Part shown: piece after piece, positions 1 to 10,361 of the stretch
How positions within the stretch are numbered: position 1 is the stretch's first letter
How the letters are laid out: every line of letters starts with the position of its first letter
DNA from: Candidatus Heimdallarchaeota archaeon
Lineage (GTDB): Archaea > Asgardarchaeota > Heimdallarchaeia > Hodarchaeales > Hodarchaeaceae
Assembly (NCBI GenBank): GCA_020353515.1
Contig: CP070695.1
Location: 441,173 to 505,172 of the forward strand
Reading direction: 5' to 3'
Length of the DNA stretch: 64,000 nt
The notes under the pieces: generated by a model
What the model saw: the letters and a program-made list of their open reading frames with translations, nothing else
Databases searched by the model: none
Told to the model about the DNA's origin: nothing
Translations under genes and position numbers: made by a program

Positions 1-2323
1 GAATGGAACAGCCTACAATTGTATTATCTGTTCCATCAGATATAAAGAATCCTATCCCATTTTGTTGTGAAATACAGTTTTCAATTGTATTGAGGGAACC
101 AGGAACTGAAAATCCTATATATCCACCACCAGTTGCATTATTGTTTAGTACCTGATTTCTCATTCCACCTATTGTAAATAATGGAGGAGTACCACGAGGA
201 TATAATTCCCATGCTTGGAAGAGAACTGAATTTGATTGAATAATTGAATAATTGCAGGAAAGAAGGTAGATGTACCCGTCTCTTAAATTGTTATTTAATA
301 CTTTATCATTTAGATTGTAAAATAACCCAATCCCTCCATTGGAAAAATCATTATTTATAATCAAGTTACTGGTGCTGGATCCTATGAGTATTTCACTATT
401 ATTAAAAACACTATTTTTAATTTCAATTGATTGACATCCATGAAGATATATCCGCGATGATTCAAAATGTTGATTCGAAATATCTATATCACTACAATTA
501 ATCAAGATAACTTGGCCTGTATCTGTTGGAATTGTTATATCATCAACATTCTTCAGAAGAAGAATTTTTTTTCCATTTATGGTATTATTTTCTATTTCTT
601 CTTGGTTAAATTCTTCAGGAAATGAAATTCCTTGTAGAGAATAATGATGAAATTCCCAATAGAAATGCGGAGGAAAGCTTTCAATTACATGGCTTTTGAA
701 AGTCAATCCTCGATCTGTTAAAACATTTCTATTTATAGTATTCATTGGTTTTAAGATCGTTATAGACTGTACCAGATTATCGGTAATTCTGGAATAATTA
801 GACAAAATGTAGATTATACCATCAACTTTATTGTTTATAATGTGGTTATTACAACCACTCAATGTAATATCACCATCAACTTCATTGTTTATAATCTGGT
901 TATCATAACCATTCAATTGAAATGAATCAAGAAAAGTATTATTTCCAATGATATTATAACTAGTTTGATCATGAGAGAATAAAAAATTGATGGAATTATT
1001 ATTTACCTTATTACTTGTACTTTCTTTGAAAAAATTAATATGAATTGCAGAATTGTTATAGATGCTATTATTCTGTGATGATTCAAAAAGAACATAGATT
1101 CCTGTGTTATTCTTTACCTGAATATTGTCAGACTTTCTAAAAGTAACATCTGGACAATAATTCGGATGGTCGGTATACCAAGGAATGTCGTCACTGTCTT
1201 TGAAATTTACGATTTTCTTATCACTTGAACAATTCTGAATGGTAAGATTAGAACAGTAGTATCCAAATATGTCTCCATTGATGGTTCCATTTTCATTAAA
1301 GAAATCAATCTCCCTTACATTATTTTCTGAAAAATGTGTGTTTTGAATTGTGACTAAACTGGAATTAATTAAGAAAAAATCGCCATAATCTTCATCAGGA
1401 GATAAAGAAATAGAGCTATTGAAAAGGTTCTGTTTGAAAACAATTGGTTTTCCACCTCTACTATTATTAACTACTTCATATTGGATAAAATCCTCAACCG
1501 TGTCTCCAGTTATTTTCATATGGGCAATTCTAGCTGCTGAATATTCTTCATAATTCCCAGAAGGTGGTTCAGGCTTCTCTAGATGATTTAATATGAGAGA
1601 ATTATTCCTACTATTGAATAATTCAATGTCATAAACTGTATTATTGTATAAATAATTAGTATTACTTTCAGACAGAAATAAACTTGCATGATTATCAATT
1701 ATTGCATTATAATGACTATTTCGTAAATCAACACCTGAATTTCGTCTAATCCACCCACCAAAGTTAATCCAACTAAAAGCTTCAACAGCAGTGGTTATAT
1801 TGTTATTAGAAATAACATTTCTCTGACAGTTTTCTAATCTTATTTCACCGTCTTCTGAACCCCAGTAGCCTTCTAGAACAATATTATTAATCTCACAATT
1901 TTGAACATTTTTCAATATAATAAAAGATTCTATATAAGTCCCATATGGAAAAGGATTGACATCCCTATACCGACTGATTTTTGAGTCTTTAAAGTGCAAA
2001 TGAAGATCTGTATTCGAAATTGATAGCCCAGGGAAACTGCGGTTATAAACAGTGATATCCTCATTCTCAATTACATACGGATTCGTTTTACTCCCATCAC
2101 CTGGCCAAGAATTTAGACTTGCTTGGGATATGAGATCAGCATTACCATCGATAAAAATGGATTCATTAGGGGTAAAGACTGGATCTTCATCAAGTATCGA
2201 GTAGCTGGAGTGGACTTTCCAAGCTTTTTCTTCATTTTCGGTAAATCTGTTAATTGGAAATGAAGATAATATACCTAAACTAAGTATCATAAGAAAAAAT
2301 ATTAGTAATCCAGTTTTTTTCAT
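1..2323 (-). CDS. Secreted right-handed parallel beta-helix (NosD/CASH-like) surface protein, runs off the window's left edge
   Basis: Absent from ORF track. ATG at 2323 gives MKKTGLLIFFLMILSLGILSS (signal peptide), then IFIDGNADL...WPGDGSKTNPYVIEN typical of archaeal NosD-like proteins, then Asn/Ile-rich repeats. Confidence 0.8.
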   Translation of the reverse strand, partial: MKKTGLLIFFLMILSLGILSSFPINRFTENEEKAWKVHSSYSILDEDPVFTPNESIFIDGNADLISQASLNSWPGDGSKTNPYVIENEDITVYNRSFPGLSISNTDLHLHFKDSKISRYRDVNPFPYGTYIESFIILKNVQNCEINNIVLEGYWGSEDGEIRLENCQRNVISNNNITTAVEAFSWINFGGWIRRNSGVDLRNSHYNAIIDNHASLFLSESNTNYLYNNTVYDIELFNSRNNSLILNHLEKPEPPSGNYEEYSAARIAHMKITGDTVEDFIQYEVVNNSRGGKPIVFKQNLFNSSISLSPDEDYGDFFLINSSLVTIQNTHFSENNVREIDFFNENGTINGDIFGYYCSNLTIQNCSSDKKIVNFKDSDDIPWYTDHPNYCPDVTFRKSDNIQVKNNTGIYVLFESSQNNSIYNNSAIHINFFKESTSNKVNNNSINFLFSHDQTSYNIIGNNTFLDSFQLNGYDNQIINNEVDGDITLSGCNNHIINNKVDGIIYILSNYSRITDNLVQSITILKPMNTINRNVLTDRGLTFKSHVIESFPPHFYWEFHHYSLQGISFPEEFNQEEIENNTINGKKILLLKNVDDITIPTDTGQVILINCSDIDISNQHFESSRIYLHGCQSIEIKNSVFNNSEILIGSSTSNLIINNDFSNGGIGLFYNLNDKVLNNNLRDGYIYLLSCNYSIIQSNSVLFQAWELYPRGTPPLFTIGGMRNQVLNNNATGGGYIGFSVPGSLNTIENCISQQNGIGFFISDGTDNTIVGCSI
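818..917. repeat. Imperfect 54-bp tandem duplication (one 18-aa beta-helix coil)
   Basis: accatcaactttattgtttataatgtggttatt at 818 recurs as accatcaacttcattgtttataatctggttatc at 872. Confidence 0.75.
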
Positions 2324-2808
2324 ATAATCATCTTCCTCAGATATCTGTGATTTATTAATGTTGCTTTAGATTGTCTCTGTTTATTTCGAGAATCTGGAAT
2401 GCAAGTAAAGCTCTCCAGAAATCTATAAATTCAAAAAAATAGTATTTGTTACAACTTAAGTGTTAATTGTTGATTCAAAGTGTTATCACTGTTTTATGCC
2501 GATGATTTGATGTTCTTTTGGTATTGATGTTATAATTGTCCAATTTGGACAATCCTATTATTCATTTCTTAAGGAGTATGACACTAATCTTACCTGTTCT
2601 CTAAAAATTCGTATCTAATTTCATCTTTGTCTAATAAATGTTTCATTCTCTTTAAAAAAAAGAGAAAACGGCCTTCATGTTTTAGCTAAGCTATAGTATA
2701 AAACCTTAATAATACCAACTACACCAGCAAAATAGTAAAGCACAATAGTACCTTCTTTTAGGGAGTAAAGGAAGTTGAAGCGAGTATTTATGTCATTGGA
2801 GTTACTTC

Positions 2809-4464
2809 GTGATGTCTGAAGAACTACAAACCCTTTTTGAGACTGGAAAGTACCAAGAGGTCTTAGACCAGTTCACACAGAAAGAAGACCAAAACGAATG
2901 GGGTGCCTTATCCGAAGAGGAACAAATAGCATGTATTTATTACAAAAGTCGCTCTTTGGAAGGGGTGGGGAGGTACGAAGAAGCCCTTCAAACCGCTACA
3001 ATGGCACGCGCAACCTATCCATCTCCCAAGAATCCAAGTTATCTCCTGGCCTTACTAGCAGCTCAATTTCATATTTTTTATATTATAGGCCAATCGCGGC
3101 TAGAACAGGCTCAATCGGTCTTGGCGGAAGGAGAAGCCATTATGGAAACCCTAACGGATACAGAACGTCAGATTGGGGCGATTTGGATAGCTGTATTTGA
3201 ACACGTAAAAGGTCTTCATTATTACGCTAAGAATGAGTTAGACATGTCCTTAAAGCATTATCACAAAGCATTAAAATCATTTGAGGCCCTAAACAATCGC
3301 CATGGTATCGCTTCATGCCTTTTTTGGAAAGCCTATTCACACACCTTTAAAGGCGAACCAGACACTGCGTTGGAGTACTATCAACGGAGTTTATCCCTTT
3401 ACGAGGCGTTAGGTAACAAACGAGGAATTGGGGAATGCCTCCACGATATTGGTCTTGTGAATGCTGGTCGAGGTGAGTCAGACACGGCGTTAGAATACTT
3501 TCAACGGAGTCTAAGCCTCAGCGAGGCGAGTGGCAATCCTGAGTACATTTTCTTCGGATTAACCCATATTGGTTTAATATACTCTCATAAAGGCGATCCT
3601 GATAAAGCATTAGATTTTTTTCGACAGAGTCTGGCCGTAGCGGAGCCGCTAGGAGTCGATTGGATGATTGCTTACAACTTTAACTTCATTGGGATGGCTT
3701 ATCACCAAAAAAGTGCGTTGGATATCGCGTTACCGTTTTTTCAAAGTAGTTTAGCAAAGTATGAGACAACAAAATCGGATTATAATGTAGTACGTGTATT
3801 ATTTCGTCTCGTTCTTCTGAATTTAGACCAAAAGGAGCTTGAACATGCCCAAAAGTATCTGATTAAGCTACAAAAAGTTGCTGCTCATATTCCTGAGGAA
3901 GCACAAGGTGCCCATCTTCGAAAAAGTATAGCTGAAGCGCTGGTCTTAAAGCAGAATCCACGTATGACCGAAAAAGTTCGTGCTCAAGCATTGTTAAGGC
4001 AAATTGTGAGTGAAGTAGAGATGCATGCATTTACTATGATTGCAATAGTCGCTCTCTGTGATCTCTTACTTCTTGAACTGAAGGCCACTGGTGAACAAGA
4101 GGTGTGGGAAGAAGCGAAAACACTTATTCACCAATTCCATACCAAAGCACAAGATTCTCAAGACTTCAATATGGTTGTCAACGCTTTACTCCTAAGAGCG
4201 AAGTTTGCAACTGTAGAAGGAGAGCTAGATCAAACTCAAGAATACCTCACTCAAGCTAGGATGATTATTAAAGAAAAAAATCTTAATCAATTGATGAAGA
4301 AGGTGGAAATAGAGCAGAACGAACTCGAAAATGATTTCCACAAATGGCAGGACTTGATCCAGCAACATACTTCTCTCCAGGAACGCTTAATCCACGCTCA
4401 GCTTACAGAATATCTCCAAGAAGCTCAGAGAATTGTGCAGCGAAGCCCCCTGAAGGATGATTAA
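2809..4464 (+). CDS. Tetratricopeptide-repeat protein
   Basis: Repeated IG..Y..KG..D.ALEYFQRSL units; helical C-terminus paralogous to 15726-17312. Confidence 0.9.
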   Translation: MMSEELQTLFETGKYQEVLDQFTQKEDQNEWGALSEEEQIACIYYKSRSLEGVGRYEEALQTATMARATYPSPKNPSYLLALLAAQFHIFYIIGQSRLEQAQSVLAEGEAIMETLTDTERQIGAIWIAVFEHVKGLHYYAKNELDMSLKHYHKALKSFEALNNRHGIASCLFWKAYSHTFKGEPDTALEYYQRSLSLYEALGNKRGIGECLHDIGLVNAGRGESDTALEYFQRSLSLSEASGNPEYIFFGLTHIGLIYSHKGDPDKALDFFRQSLAVAEPLGVDWMIAYNFNFIGMAYHQKSALDIALPFFQSSLAKYETTKSDYNVVRVLFRLVLLNLDQKELEHAQKYLIKLQKVAAHIPEEAQGAHLRKSIAEALVLKQNPRMTEKVRAQALLRQIVSEVEMHAFTMIAIVALCDLLLLELKATGEQEVWEEAKTLIHQFHTKAQDSQDFNMVVNALLLRAKFATVEGELDQTQEYLTQARMIIKEKNLNQLMKKVEIEQNELENDFHKWQDLIQQHTSLQERLIHAQLTEYLQEAQRIVQRSPLKDD

Positions 4465-4542
4465 TCATTTTTAAGTAAAAACTACTATCCCAGATATGAA
4501 TTCCTAAATCAAAAAAAAAGAAGAAAGGGGAGATTAGCTAGA

Positions 4543-5463
4543 TTAATTGCTACCAACAGAGAACTCCTTAACAGCAGAACGAACTTCAAGGTTTCCATAG
4601 ATACTCTCAACTTCAATATCTACAACATAAAATCCATTAGCTAAAATTCCAAAGTCTGCAGTAAATACTCCACTTTGTTCATTAAGTTCAAAGGAATCAA
4701 TCAGTGTTTTCTCATCAGAAGCAAAGGAAGAAAGGTTAATACTCATTCTCCTAACAATGTGTTTGTCTGAAGACTCGACTCGTATGGCATAATTCCAACC
4801 TTGTTCTTCCTTTTCAAACGAAATATCTACTGTAAGATTATAGGAATACCCCATAGCATTCGCAATAGCATAGGAGAATTCTTCGTAGTTTGGAGAAGTC
4901 GCAGTAATAATATTCCCATCAGTAACTACAGATGCTCCATCGATATAGATCCCACCTGCTGTTGTAAGATTAGCAACAATAGAGCTATGGCTGGTGAATT
5001 TTTTCCCGTTGATTAAATCCGCCTGGAGAAGTGTTCCATTACCTATTCCTGCAATTACCAAGCCGAGATCGTTTGCATCAGTTAGAAGACGTCCTATATT
5101 CTGATTTGAATAAAGAGTTGAAGCAAACTCTCCCCCAGGGATAATTATTGCATCAATGAGAGCTATCTCATGAATATCAGAAATAAGGATATCCGTTGTG
5201 ATCGTACCTTCAGTGGTCGAATGGTTTTCAGATAATCCTGCAACAATCACACTTCCCTGCCAGTCATCGAAATATTCCTTCACGCCTTGAAAATCACTTT
5301 CAGAGTACCCATCAGCAACAAAGAAGACAATATCCGCTCCTCTGATAGACATCCCTTGATTGTAAGCGGAGCGCATTTCGCTGAAGTAAAAGAAAAAGAT
5401 TAATTGAGCAAAGAAGGTTAAAGTAAAAAAGCCAACTAAGATGATTCTTAACTTTTTATTCAT
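4543..5463 (-). CDS. Membrane-anchored DJ-1/PfpI-family protein with C-terminal beta-rich domain, probably catalytically inactive
   Basis: N-terminal TM; DAIIIPGG and VVTDGNIITA motifs; nucleophile elbow reads AGIGNG rather than AAICHG. Confidence 0.8.
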   Translation of the reverse strand: MNKKLRIILVGFFTLTFFAQLIFFFYFSEMRSAYNQGMSIRGADIVFFVADGYSESDFQGVKEYFDDWQGSVIVAGLSENHSTTEGTITTDILISDIHEIALIDAIIIPGGEFASTLYSNQNIGRLLTDANDLGLVIAGIGNGTLLQADLINGKKFTSHSSIVANLTTAGGIYIDGASVVTDGNIITATSPNYEEFSYAIANAMGYSYNLTVDISFEKEEQGWNYAIRVESSDKHIVRRMSINLSSFASDEKTLIDSFELNEQSGVFTADFGILANGFYVVDIEVESIYGNLEVRSAVKEFSVGSN

Positions 5464-5504
5464 AAAATTTCACCATTTTTTGTAAAAAAAGAGAAGAGGG
5501 GGAT

Positions 5505-7121
5505 CTACTCCATGTTACTGAGTTTTCTTGCTCCAACCGATAAGATAACCATTCCTATGATTAACTGTAAAGCACTATAGATTACTGCCACAGGATAGAG
5601 AGCATCAGCGATAGCAAATAGATCCCAAAGAATCTGATCCAGGGAGATTAACAAGACAAATAATGGAATGATAACTCCAAACACACAGATCTGGATATTG
5701 ATCATAAATTCACCACTCTTATCATGAAATGCGGGATTTACTAGAAACAGACCGATAGTGAAGATTATAGCTGCTGAAGCAATGATAAGAGTCAAGGTAA
5801 CATTAAGAAGGAGTGTTTCCAAGGTTATGTCAGGAACAAGTAAGTTCACTGTGGTTTCAACAACTAGAACAATTGGGAGAATAGTTACAAGATATTGAAA
5901 TAGCTTCATTCTTAGGTATCTGCTTGTACTTGTCGGAGTCTGTTTATAGAGTAGCAAGTTTTCTTTTCCCTGAAGACTGATGTCGGAGGTTACAAACGCT
6001 GCCAAGAGAGGCCCTATGAATAAAGACATAATAAAAGCACTCTCAGGTTCATCAGGTTGAGCCAGAAAGACATTCATTACTAAAATTAAGCCGACACCAT
6101 AAATTATCCAGGCAACATTCTTTGCTTTACGGAAGTAAGTCTTGAATCCTGTAGCCAAAAGAAGACCTGATGATCCACCACCACCAAGCTTTCTGATGGA
6201 ATTATAGAACAAACTATTAGGATTAGAGGTAGCTGCAGAAAAGGAGGTTGGTTCAAGGTTGTATACACGATTCGCTAAAAACCCACCAATTAAGAGAGAG
6301 CCGCCCAAGAAAGCTAGTAAGGCACTGAACTGCAGGATCGTTGAGAACTCAGTAAGTAAGATATCTCCAGGGTTTTGTGCGAACGCAACAATGATTTCTG
6401 AACCCCATCCCCAGGGAAAGAACGCAAAAAGATCCTTTACAAGTTTAGCATTTTGAGGGTCTTTAAGGACCTCATAATACCCACCTATCAATAGATATAT
6501 GACAGCGATTAACGGTAGGATCACTATTATTGCTAATCCTTTTCCAATGTCTCTTCCTCGAGCTGATTTCATGAGAACTGATCGTAGGAGAACAGCTATC
6601 ATTGTTCCTACCCAAGTGGCGGATAAAAAGATAATTATGAAAACAGTTACGATAATAAAAATTTGAAAGATGTCTAAACCAAGTGGGAAGAGCGCTGCAG
6701 TAAAGGTTCCCCCAATGATAGCTGCAAATACTGCATAAAAGGGGATTTTCCCTAGGAATTCACCAATCAAAATGTCGCTCGGTTGAACTGGGGATGAAAG
6801 ATAGATCTCTAAGTGTTCGGTTTTAATGTCGGCGATAGTCGAGGATATTGGAAAAGAAGCAAACATGACAAATAATACGAAAAAGAGGACATTAATGATA
6901 GCTACTGCTACTGCGCTTAGTAATAATTCATGTAATTCATCAACAAATGCGTCGATAATGGAGGGGGCAATGAATAGTGTATAGATTGTTAATCCCCCAA
7001 TTAAAAGATAAGGGAGGTAGGATCGAATCTCACGAATTCGACTGGTTGTCACACGATATTCTGTCTTTGCTATTGATAACCAGGTAGGGTTTCGAAGAGA
7101 AATCAACTGTGGTTCCTCCAA
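5505..7121 (-). CDS. ABC-2 exporter permease (two-module, about 12 TM)
   Basis: Polytopic; LSSPVQPSDILIGEFL motif; overlaps the ABC ATPase gene. Confidence 0.85.
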   Translation of the reverse strand: MEEPQLISLRNPTWLSIAKTEYRVTTSRIREIRSYLPYLLIGGLTIYTLFIAPSIIDAFVDELHELLLSAVAVAIINVLFFVLFVMFASFPISSTIADIKTEHLEIYLSSPVQPSDILIGEFLGKIPFYAVFAAIIGGTFTAALFPLGLDIFQIFIIVTVFIIIFLSATWVGTMIAVLLRSVLMKSARGRDIGKGLAIIVILPLIAVIYLLIGGYYEVLKDPQNAKLVKDLFAFFPWGWGSEIIVAFAQNPGDILLTEFSTILQFSALLAFLGGSLLIGGFLANRVYNLEPTSFSAATSNPNSLFYNSIRKLGGGGSSGLLLATGFKTYFRKAKNVAWIIYGVGLILVMNVFLAQPDEPESAFIMSLFIGPLLAAFVTSDISLQGKENLLLYKQTPTSTSRYLRMKLFQYLVTILPIVLVVETTVNLLVPDITLETLLLNVTLTLIIASAAIIFTIGLFLVNPAFHDKSGEFMINIQICVFGVIIPLFVLLISLDQILWDLFAIADALYPVAVIYSALQLIIGMVILSVGARKLSNME

Positions 7122-7912
7122 GCTAGGAGCTCTTTTTCATCAACCCCACCAGTTAAGGTGATAAAGGCTTCTTCTAATGTTTTAGTCCCTGCTTGAGTAA
7201 TGATCTCATCAATTGTGCCCACTGCAACAAGCCTACCTTGGTTAATTATACCGATTCGATCACAAAGCTCCTCTACTAGGGGAAGAATATGGCTACATAC
7301 AACAATAGTCCTTCCTAGTTGATCTGCTAAGCCTTTTATCAAATCTTTAACCATATGAGCTGCTCGGGGATCCAGAGCTGCTGTAGGTTCATCGAAGTAG
7401 ATGATTGTAGGATCATGGATTAACGCCGCGGCAATTAATACCTTTTGCTTCATTCCTGAACTGAACCCTTCAAGGAGATGATCCTTTCTATCAGTCAGAC
7501 CGAATAGCTTTAGAAGTTCCTCAATACGTTCTTTCAAGATTGTCCCTTTGATGTTGTAGAGGGCTCCTATGAATTCGAGAAACTCGTATGCACTTAGCTT
7601 TTCATATAGTCCAGGTGACTCTGCTAATAGACCCGTGATGGTTTTAACCTGTGTGGAGTCTTTAGAAATGTCATGGCCATTCACATCAGCAGTACCACTG
7701 GTTGGTTTCAGAATACAGTTCAAGAGGCGAACAGTAGTGGTTTTTCCCGCACCATTAGGACCCAGAAGGCCAAAAGTCTCACCCTCATAAATTTCAAGAT
7801 TAAGCTCATCAACAGCTTTGATATCTTTCCCATAATACTTTGAAAGGTTATCCGTACGGATAAGAACCTTTTTTCTTTGTTTTGTTTCTGTTATAATTTC
7901 TTGTATTTGCAT
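7103..7912 (-). CDS. ABC transporter ATP-binding protein
   Basis: GPNGAGKT, FSSGMKQK, FDEPT, H-loop. Confidence 0.95.
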   Translation of the reverse strand: MQIQEIITETKQRKKVLIRTDNLSKYYGKDIKAVDELNLEIYEGETFGLLGPNGAGKTTTVRLLNCILKPTSGTADVNGHDISKDSTQVKTITGLLAESPGLYEKLSAYEFLEFIGALYNIKGTILKERIEELLKLFGLTDRKDHLLEGFSSGMKQKVLIAAALIHDPTIIYFDEPTAALDPRAAHMVKDLIKGLADQLGRTIVVCSHILPLVEELCDRIGIINQGRLVAVGTIDEIITQAGTKTLEEAFITLTGGVDEKELLAWRNHS

Positions 7913-7934
7913 CTTTTACACCCTTAATTTGATT

Positions 7935-8393
7935 TTAATTTATCCTCCATCCACAGGAAGCACAGAATCGATCATCAGATTCTAAGCTATTTCCGCAATT
8001 TGTACAGAAAAATGAGGACGACTTAGGTTTTGGTTCCCAATATTGGTCATCATTTCTGGAATAGAATGGCTTTGGTCTAGGCTTTGCATGATAGGAAGTT
8101 CTGTCTCTCTCATATCTATTAGAAGAGTCATCAAGTGTTTCACTTTCATCCAAAGTTTCAGTGAAACCAGCTGCGACTAATACAATTACTCCAATCATGA
8201 TGATAAACATGAATATTAACGGGAAAATTGTCATTGAAATGTCACCATGCATTCCGAGGATTATTAATAGAGGTACAAACAGTCCTATTACGAGGCTGAA
8301 GATAGTAATCAAGAACACAAATTTACTGGGTTTTTTGCGCCTTCTTCCATCTTGAGCACAAGCTGCAGCGGCGACTCCACCTATCCAAGCCAT
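7935..8393 (-). CDS. Two-TM membrane protein with C-terminal zinc ribbon
   Basis: Two hydrophobic helices; CTNCG...FCASCG. Confidence 0.85.
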   Translation of the reverse strand: MAWIGGVAAAACAQDGRRRKKPSKFVFLITIFSLVIGLFVPLLIILGMHGDISMTIFPLIFMFIIMIGVIVLVAAGFTETLDESETLDDSSNRYERDRTSYHAKPRPKPFYSRNDDQYWEPKPKSSSFFCTNCGNSLESDDRFCASCGWRIN

Positions 8394-8593
8394 TATGCTA
8401 GTCCTCCTTGATTCGAAATCTTCTTAAATTGTACTACAGAGGTGGCTAAGAACACCAATCCTAGTATAAAAAACACTGGATTAGTGGCTCCTAAACAGAG
8501 CCAAATAATTCCTAAAGCACGAAGAGCTTGAATCTGATCAAGGTTTTCTTCCTTTTTCATTTGATTTTTTTCGTTTATTTCTTGATTAAGCAA
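8393..8593 (-). CDS. Small membrane protein
   Basis: GGAG upstream of TTG; hydrophobic hairpin; TAATG overlap with the next gene. Confidence 0.7.
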   Translation of the reverse strand: MLNQEINEKNQMKKEENLDQIQALRALGIIWLCLGATNPVFFILGLVFLATSVVQFKKISNQGGLA

Positions 8594-8614
8594 TTTTTCT
8601 GCTCCTTTTTGAAC

Positions 8615-8677
8615 TTCGGTGATTGGATTGGTTTTCGCAATTACCGAATTTGTTCATTACTAAAAATGGTAATTACC
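8615..8677. promoter_or_regulatory. Candidate operator(s) in divergent promoter region
   Basis: Inverted repeat TTCGGTGATTG-N12-CAATTACCGAA (8615-8648) and palindrome GGTAATTACC (8668-8677). Confidence 0.45.
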
Positions 8678-8876
8678 TTTATAAATGCATTGTTTTAGGA
8701 AAAACACATCAGTAAACTACCAAAAAAAAATTATACTATCTGAAATAAAAGTCAATTAAAAGGTCAATATCTTTATATGAGAATGTAAATGCTTTATTTG
8801 TGAAGAACACTTAGCCCTGTCGAAACGAAAAGTTTAAAAGAATAGTCACTAATTTTAGTAATGAATAATTAAGGTA

Positions 8877-9461
8877 ATGGAAAGTCGAAAAGTGACTCCT
8901 TTGTTATCAGATTCAGAGAATGTGGTCATAAGAGAACTTTTCAAGACCCCCAAAGTTGAGATTGAAGTCATCAAAGATGTTTTAATTAAAGAGAGGAGAG
9001 AGTGGGAGCGTATAGTGGAGGATGGACGCTTACAAAAGGAAGTTGATGTACGCTCAATATCTAAATTTAAATCTCTAGCCTTAAAAAAGATCAAAAAAGC
9101 ACTTACGGAGTTCTCAGATAACTTCAGGTTAGATAGGTCAGTTCAGGGCCGCACGAAACAAGAACGCGAAGAAGATGAAAAAAAGATAAATATCCTCCTA
9201 AAAAATGGCGTTCTAATTGGGTATGACTTTCGAGATGATAGACCAGTCTATCTATTTTATAACATAAATAAACGTGCTATAATCCCATGGCAGGATCATT
9301 CTTGTCATGAAAATTGCCAGGAACAATGTTTTTCCATTCTTACAACATTTAGAAACGAGCATGGTCTTGATGACCCAAATCAAAATATTCCCATTCGAAA
9401 GCAATTTGAAGCTAGTATAGAGGAAATCATCAAGAAAAATAAGGATCGAAAAGAAGAATGA
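8877..9461 (+). CDS. Putative HTH transcriptional regulator with C-terminal His/Cys metal-binding motif
   Basis: Basic helix RSISKFKSLALKKIKK; GVLIGYD; WQDHSCHENCQEQC; divergent from the ABC operon. Confidence 0.55.
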   Translation: MESRKVTPLLSDSENVVIRELFKTPKVEIEVIKDVLIKERREWERIVEDGRLQKEVDVRSISKFKSLALKKIKKALTEFSDNFRLDRSVQGRTKQEREEDEKKINILLKNGVLIGYDFRDDRPVYLFYNINKRAIIPWQDHSCHENCQEQCFSILTTFRNEHGLDDPNQNIPIRKQFEASIEEIIKKNKDRKEE

Positions 9462-10207
9462 ATGAAGTCAAAATTATCAAGGGGTCTGACATCCCTCCTC
9501 CCCCTGGAAAACCGAGAATTATTCGTCCCAGTAGGAATCTCCTCTGGAAAAATTATTTGTTGTATATTTTAGTATTCATCATTTTCACCGCCGTATTGTT
9601 GATCATCTTTGCGCTTTTTGGATTCTGGTTGGGATCTGAACTTCCAGAACCACAAACGAGGGTATTATATGAGGCTTTTTTCTGGATGGGGGTCATTTAC
9701 ATGGCAATTTGGTTTGGAATCACTATTGCTTATCTTGTAGGGATGCGTCTATACGTAAAATCTATGTTATTCATCGTTCACGGTCATGAAATCGTGGTTC
9801 ACAAAGGAATAATTAATAAATCCGAGAAACATGTTCCCTATAGAACAGTAACGAATATCAACATGAAAACTGGTCCTTTCGACCGATTATTTGGTATAGG
9901 TACAATTGAAATCCAAACTGCTGGGGGTAAAGGTTATTCTCTTGATGAGACTGCAGAAGAGAAATTAGAAGGGATTAAAGTTTACCGTGAAGTAAGAGAC
10001 TATATATTGACTCAATTAAGACAATTCCAAGCAGCTTATGGAACAGTTGTTACGAAAGAAGAGGAAGCACCTATACAACCTATTCCTGACCAAATGCTCC
10101 TAGAATTGAAAGAAATTAAAAATGTTTTAACTACTCGATTAGAAAGAATGGAAGCAAAATTGGAAGAAATGAATAAACAATTAGAAAAGAATCAAAAACC
10201 CTATTAA
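9458..10207 (+). CDS. Membrane protein with bacterial PH domain (bPH_2/YdbS-like) and C-terminal coiled coil
   Basis: Two TMs then KGIINKSEKHVPYRTVTNI..GPFDRLFGIGTIEIQTAG. Confidence 0.9.
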   Translation: MNEVKIIKGSDIPPPPGKPRIIRPSRNLLWKNYLLYILVFIIFTAVLLIIFALFGFWLGSELPEPQTRVLYEAFFWMGVIYMAIWFGITIAYLVGMRLYVKSMLFIVHGHEIVVHKGIINKSEKHVPYRTVTNINMKTGPFDRLFGIGTIEIQTAGGKGYSLDETAEEKLEGIKVYREVRDYILTQLRQFQAAYGTVVTKEEEAPIQPIPDQMLLELKEIKNVLTTRLERMEAKLEEMNKQLEKNQKPY

Positions 10208-10238
10208 GCAGCCATTTTATTACTATTTGGTGGAATTA

Positions 10239-10340
10239 ATGGACATCTGGCTACAAATAATGCTGATAGTGTTTGGATTATTCATCATTGGATTATTTGT
10301 AGTATTTTTTATGAGATTTATTAAATGGATAACAAAATAG
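10239..10340 (+). CDS. 33-aa single-TM micropeptide A (MDIWLQIMLIVFGLFIIGLFVVFFMRFIKWITK)
   Basis: GGTGG 5 nt upstream of ATG; paralogous to the next ORF. Confidence 0.7.
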   Translation: MDIWLQIMLIVFGLFIIGLFVVFFMRFIKWITK

Positions 10341-10361
10341 TTTGAACCTGTTGGTAGAAAC

